From IMG/VR virus record IMGVR_UViG_3300010885_064671: DNA of 64,000 nt, one strand, 5' to 3'. Position 1 is the stretch's first letter. Each line of letters starts with the position of its first letter. This document shows, piece after piece, positions 61,667 to 64,000 of the stretch. Source of the stretch: a virus. The notes beneath the pieces are model-generated. The model was given only the letters and a program-made list of their open reading frames with translations. It was not told the origin of the DNA and did no database searches. The position numbers and the translations under genes were made by a program.

Positions 61667-63797
61667 TTAGATTAACCAATTGTCATCACGGTCTATTTCG
61701 CGTGAAGCTGTAAATACCCCATTTTTCCAACTACCATAGTGTATCCCCAGTATAACCTCTTCATTAGCCCATGCTTCTAATTTAAATTTTTCTGAATGAT
61801 CTGCGTCAGCGAACTTATACCATGTCGAATCACTCCTTGGGACATTGTTTAATACCCAAGATTTAAGATCATCTGGTTTGTTTCCAGCTTTTACATAAAC
61901 ATCTTTTGCTATAGAATATTTTACACCAGATATGAACCCATCCTTCAAAAAACCTTCACCCCAAGCGCGGAATACATAGTCATCTACTGTTGTTTGATAA
62001 TTTTTTCTACCTATTTTAGCCCTTAAAACTCTCATTTGATTTGCAGGTATAAAAGCATTCTGATCAAATCCAGCTAAAAGCTCAACTTGGTTTGCAGTTG
62101 CTCCCCTTCTTAGAATTTCTTCTCTTATTTTATCAGCAGTTAGGCTATCGTTAGCTTTATCGGACAAAGCTAATTTCCAATTTTTTGTAGTGTATGGAGA
62201 TGGCAATATTAGGTCCACATCTAAGTCACTACCTTCTGTGAGTTTTGACGTACCTATTTGTAAGAGACCATAGAATCCATATTGGTTTATAGCCCTTGGC
62301 CTATAGCTTGATTCCCTTTGGCATACGGCTGTAAATATAGCTGAAACTTCAGGGGAAAAATTCCCATACTCTACCAGTAGGGTGTATACTTCCATGGGTG
62401 TTAATGCATCGTTTGAAGTATAGACCTTTTTTAAATTTGACAAATCCGAGTTAGATCCTCCGCCTGGATTTTGATACCCCATATAAGAAGTATTCGTTGG
62501 TGCTGTACCGACAGGAATCGCGGATAAAGATCCAGATTCATCTACATAAATTCCTCCTCTTTCAGGAGAAAAACTCATATGTATATGATCCTTGTGGCCT
62601 GTATCTGTTAGGAATATTTTTACATATTTTAAATTAGAATAATTTTCACTGATTTTAGAACCCGATCCTTGTTTATTATTTTCATAATCTAAGCTAACAA
62701 ACTTATTTATGACTATAGAATCTGGAAGCAAATGTTCTGGAGCGACACTTAACTTTTTGAGTAATAAATCTAATTGTTTTTTATACTCTACAACACCGAG
62801 AATTTATATTCCCTGAAGATTCACCCTTGATGCTAATTTTATTTATATCAAAAGCTCTACCAAAAACGTGGTCCGTAACTGAATTACCAGACTTAAGCGG
62901 CGTAAGATTAGTACCCTGGACAGTATCATCATCACCCCTATAGGATGAACCAAAACCACCAGACATAGCAAGAGGTAATCCATTCGTGTCACTTGCTAAA
63001 AATATTAAGCATTCTATAAGCGCTGCAGATATGTAGGCCTTTTGTGAATCAGCTTTTATTAAATCACCAGGTATTGCGTTGCTAGCCGATGAAACACCAG
63101 GAAAAATTGTTGAAGTATTATATGTCAAATTAATTAGACTATTATTAATATCAAAATCAAAACCAGATTGCAATGTACCACTATCAGCTATGTCCATTGC
63201 TGTTTTTAATTTTTCCCCTCTAGAAATATAAGCTTTTTTTTCTACATCAGTTAAACCAGATACAATTGCAATAGCCTTAGAACCTGCGCTGGTTACTCCA
63301 GATTTTCCAGTTTCTGTATTAGGAGAATGCCCTGCACCATTATCTGTCTGACCGTATTTAGTGTTCATTAAATCTTGTAATCCAGTTATCAAATCCTGAT
63401 TATATTGTTTCCCCAAACTGCTGCCAGCTATTATCTTCAATGCTGCTGCTTGTCCTGTCAAAACTATTGGGTTTCCATCTTGATCTAAATTTGTTGAATC
63501 TAGAACTTTAAGTTTATCTCCGTCTGCCCCCAATATACTACTGCTTAGACTCTGAAGACTTTCCCTGGTTGTAGACAATCTATATGTGCTGCTGTATATC
63601 CCACTAGCCAAAAGGTCTTTGCCGCTAGCTGAAGAAACCAAATCAGATGTAGTTAGAGTCTGGCCAGTGTATCCCCTTTCTGCTGCTGAAGTACCAGTTA
63701 TATTTATTCCATTTTTAGGAACTATATTTTCATATACAGCATTAGCTATGCTAGCGGAATCTTGTAAGCTGTCAATAGAAAAATTAAAATGTGCCAT
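61667..63797 (-). CDS. Baseplate cell-wall hydrolase: M15 peptidase-like + SLT-like domains, requiring a +1 shift at CGG 62796..62798
   Basis: Joined: ...GGFGSSYRGDDD...VTDHVFGRAFDINKISIKGESSGNINS|GVVEYKKQLDLLLKKLSVAPEHLLPDSIV...DTGHKDHIHMSFSPER...AIFTAVCQRESSYRP...YGFYGLLQI. H..G.A.D lies in one ORF and DHIHMSF in the other; length 2131 = 3n+1. Confidence 0.88.
62796..62798 (-). other. +1 frameshift site: TCT CGG TGT -> TCT (C) GGT GTT
   Basis: Zero frame stops TGT TGT AGA GTA TAA. Confidence 0.88.
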
Positions 63798-64000
63798 TAT
63801 GATCCACTCTTTACGCTAACCGTCTGTTGAGATGATTGAATAACTGATTCAGATTCAGTCAATAAATCATGGGTATACACCGTAGTACCATAATTTCTGG
63901 CTATCAATTCCCAGTTCAATGTGGTTGGAGTACCATCGTCATAGTACTCATCCCATAAAATTAATGGCCATTTTGAAGAAGTAATATATAATTGCCTAAG
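63797..64000 (-). CDS. Partial CDS continuing beyond the window
   Basis: ...LRQLYITSSKWPLILWDEYYDDGTPTTLNWELIARNYGTTVYTHDLLTESESVIQSSQQTVSVKSGS*. Confidence 0.6.
   Translation of the reverse strand, partial: LRQLYITSSKWPLILWDEYYDDGTPTTLNWELIARNYGTTVYTHDLLTESESVIQSSQQTVSVKSGS

Noticed and set aside
49-63797. Frame breaks explained as random sequencing/assembly indels or gene decay
   Set aside because: All eight breaks have the same sign (+1) at the same codon (CGG) with the same extra base (C before GGN). None is in a homopolymer, and flanking domains are intact. This is not expected of random errors, although raw reads should still be checked.
1-64000. tRNA genes, including a suppressor tRNA for CGG
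   Set aside because: I did not recognise any cloverleaf in this window by eye; tRNAscan-SE/ARAGORN on the full genome is needed.

Overview
This window looks like one continuous segment of a large tailed-phage genome. It is AT-rich and densely coding, with essentially all genes on the minus strand. It carries a virion/baseplate module (about 37.6-64 kb), nucleotide metabolism (class II RNR, ThyX, dNMP kinase), replication and repair (DnaE-type Pol III alpha, AEP-like primase, RecA/DnaB-like helicase, several nucleases), a phage sigma factor, lysis genes, glycosyltransferases, methyltransferases and a 2OG-oxygenase. The main discovery is a recurrent recoding pattern. Six genes (M15 virion hydrolase 49-3031, endolysin 13005-13759, sigma factor 17706-18577, Cas4/RecB-like exonuclease 19604-20402, tail protein 52936-57817, M15/SLT virion hydrolase 61667-63797) appear broken into 8 junctions. 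All 8 junctions are +1 shifts exactly at an in-frame CGG codon. Skipping the C restores a long, domain-consistent frame and reads GGN (Gly), and the zero frame hits a stop 0-8 codons later. Elsewhere in roughly 20,000 codons I found only one other in-frame CGG (32012-32014), although well over 100 CGG trinucleotides occur out of frame and CGT, CGC, CGA, AGA and AGG are all used. This suggests CGG is not a normal sense codon in this phage but a near-dedicated +1 frameshift signal. All scanning was done by hand and should be repeated computationally.
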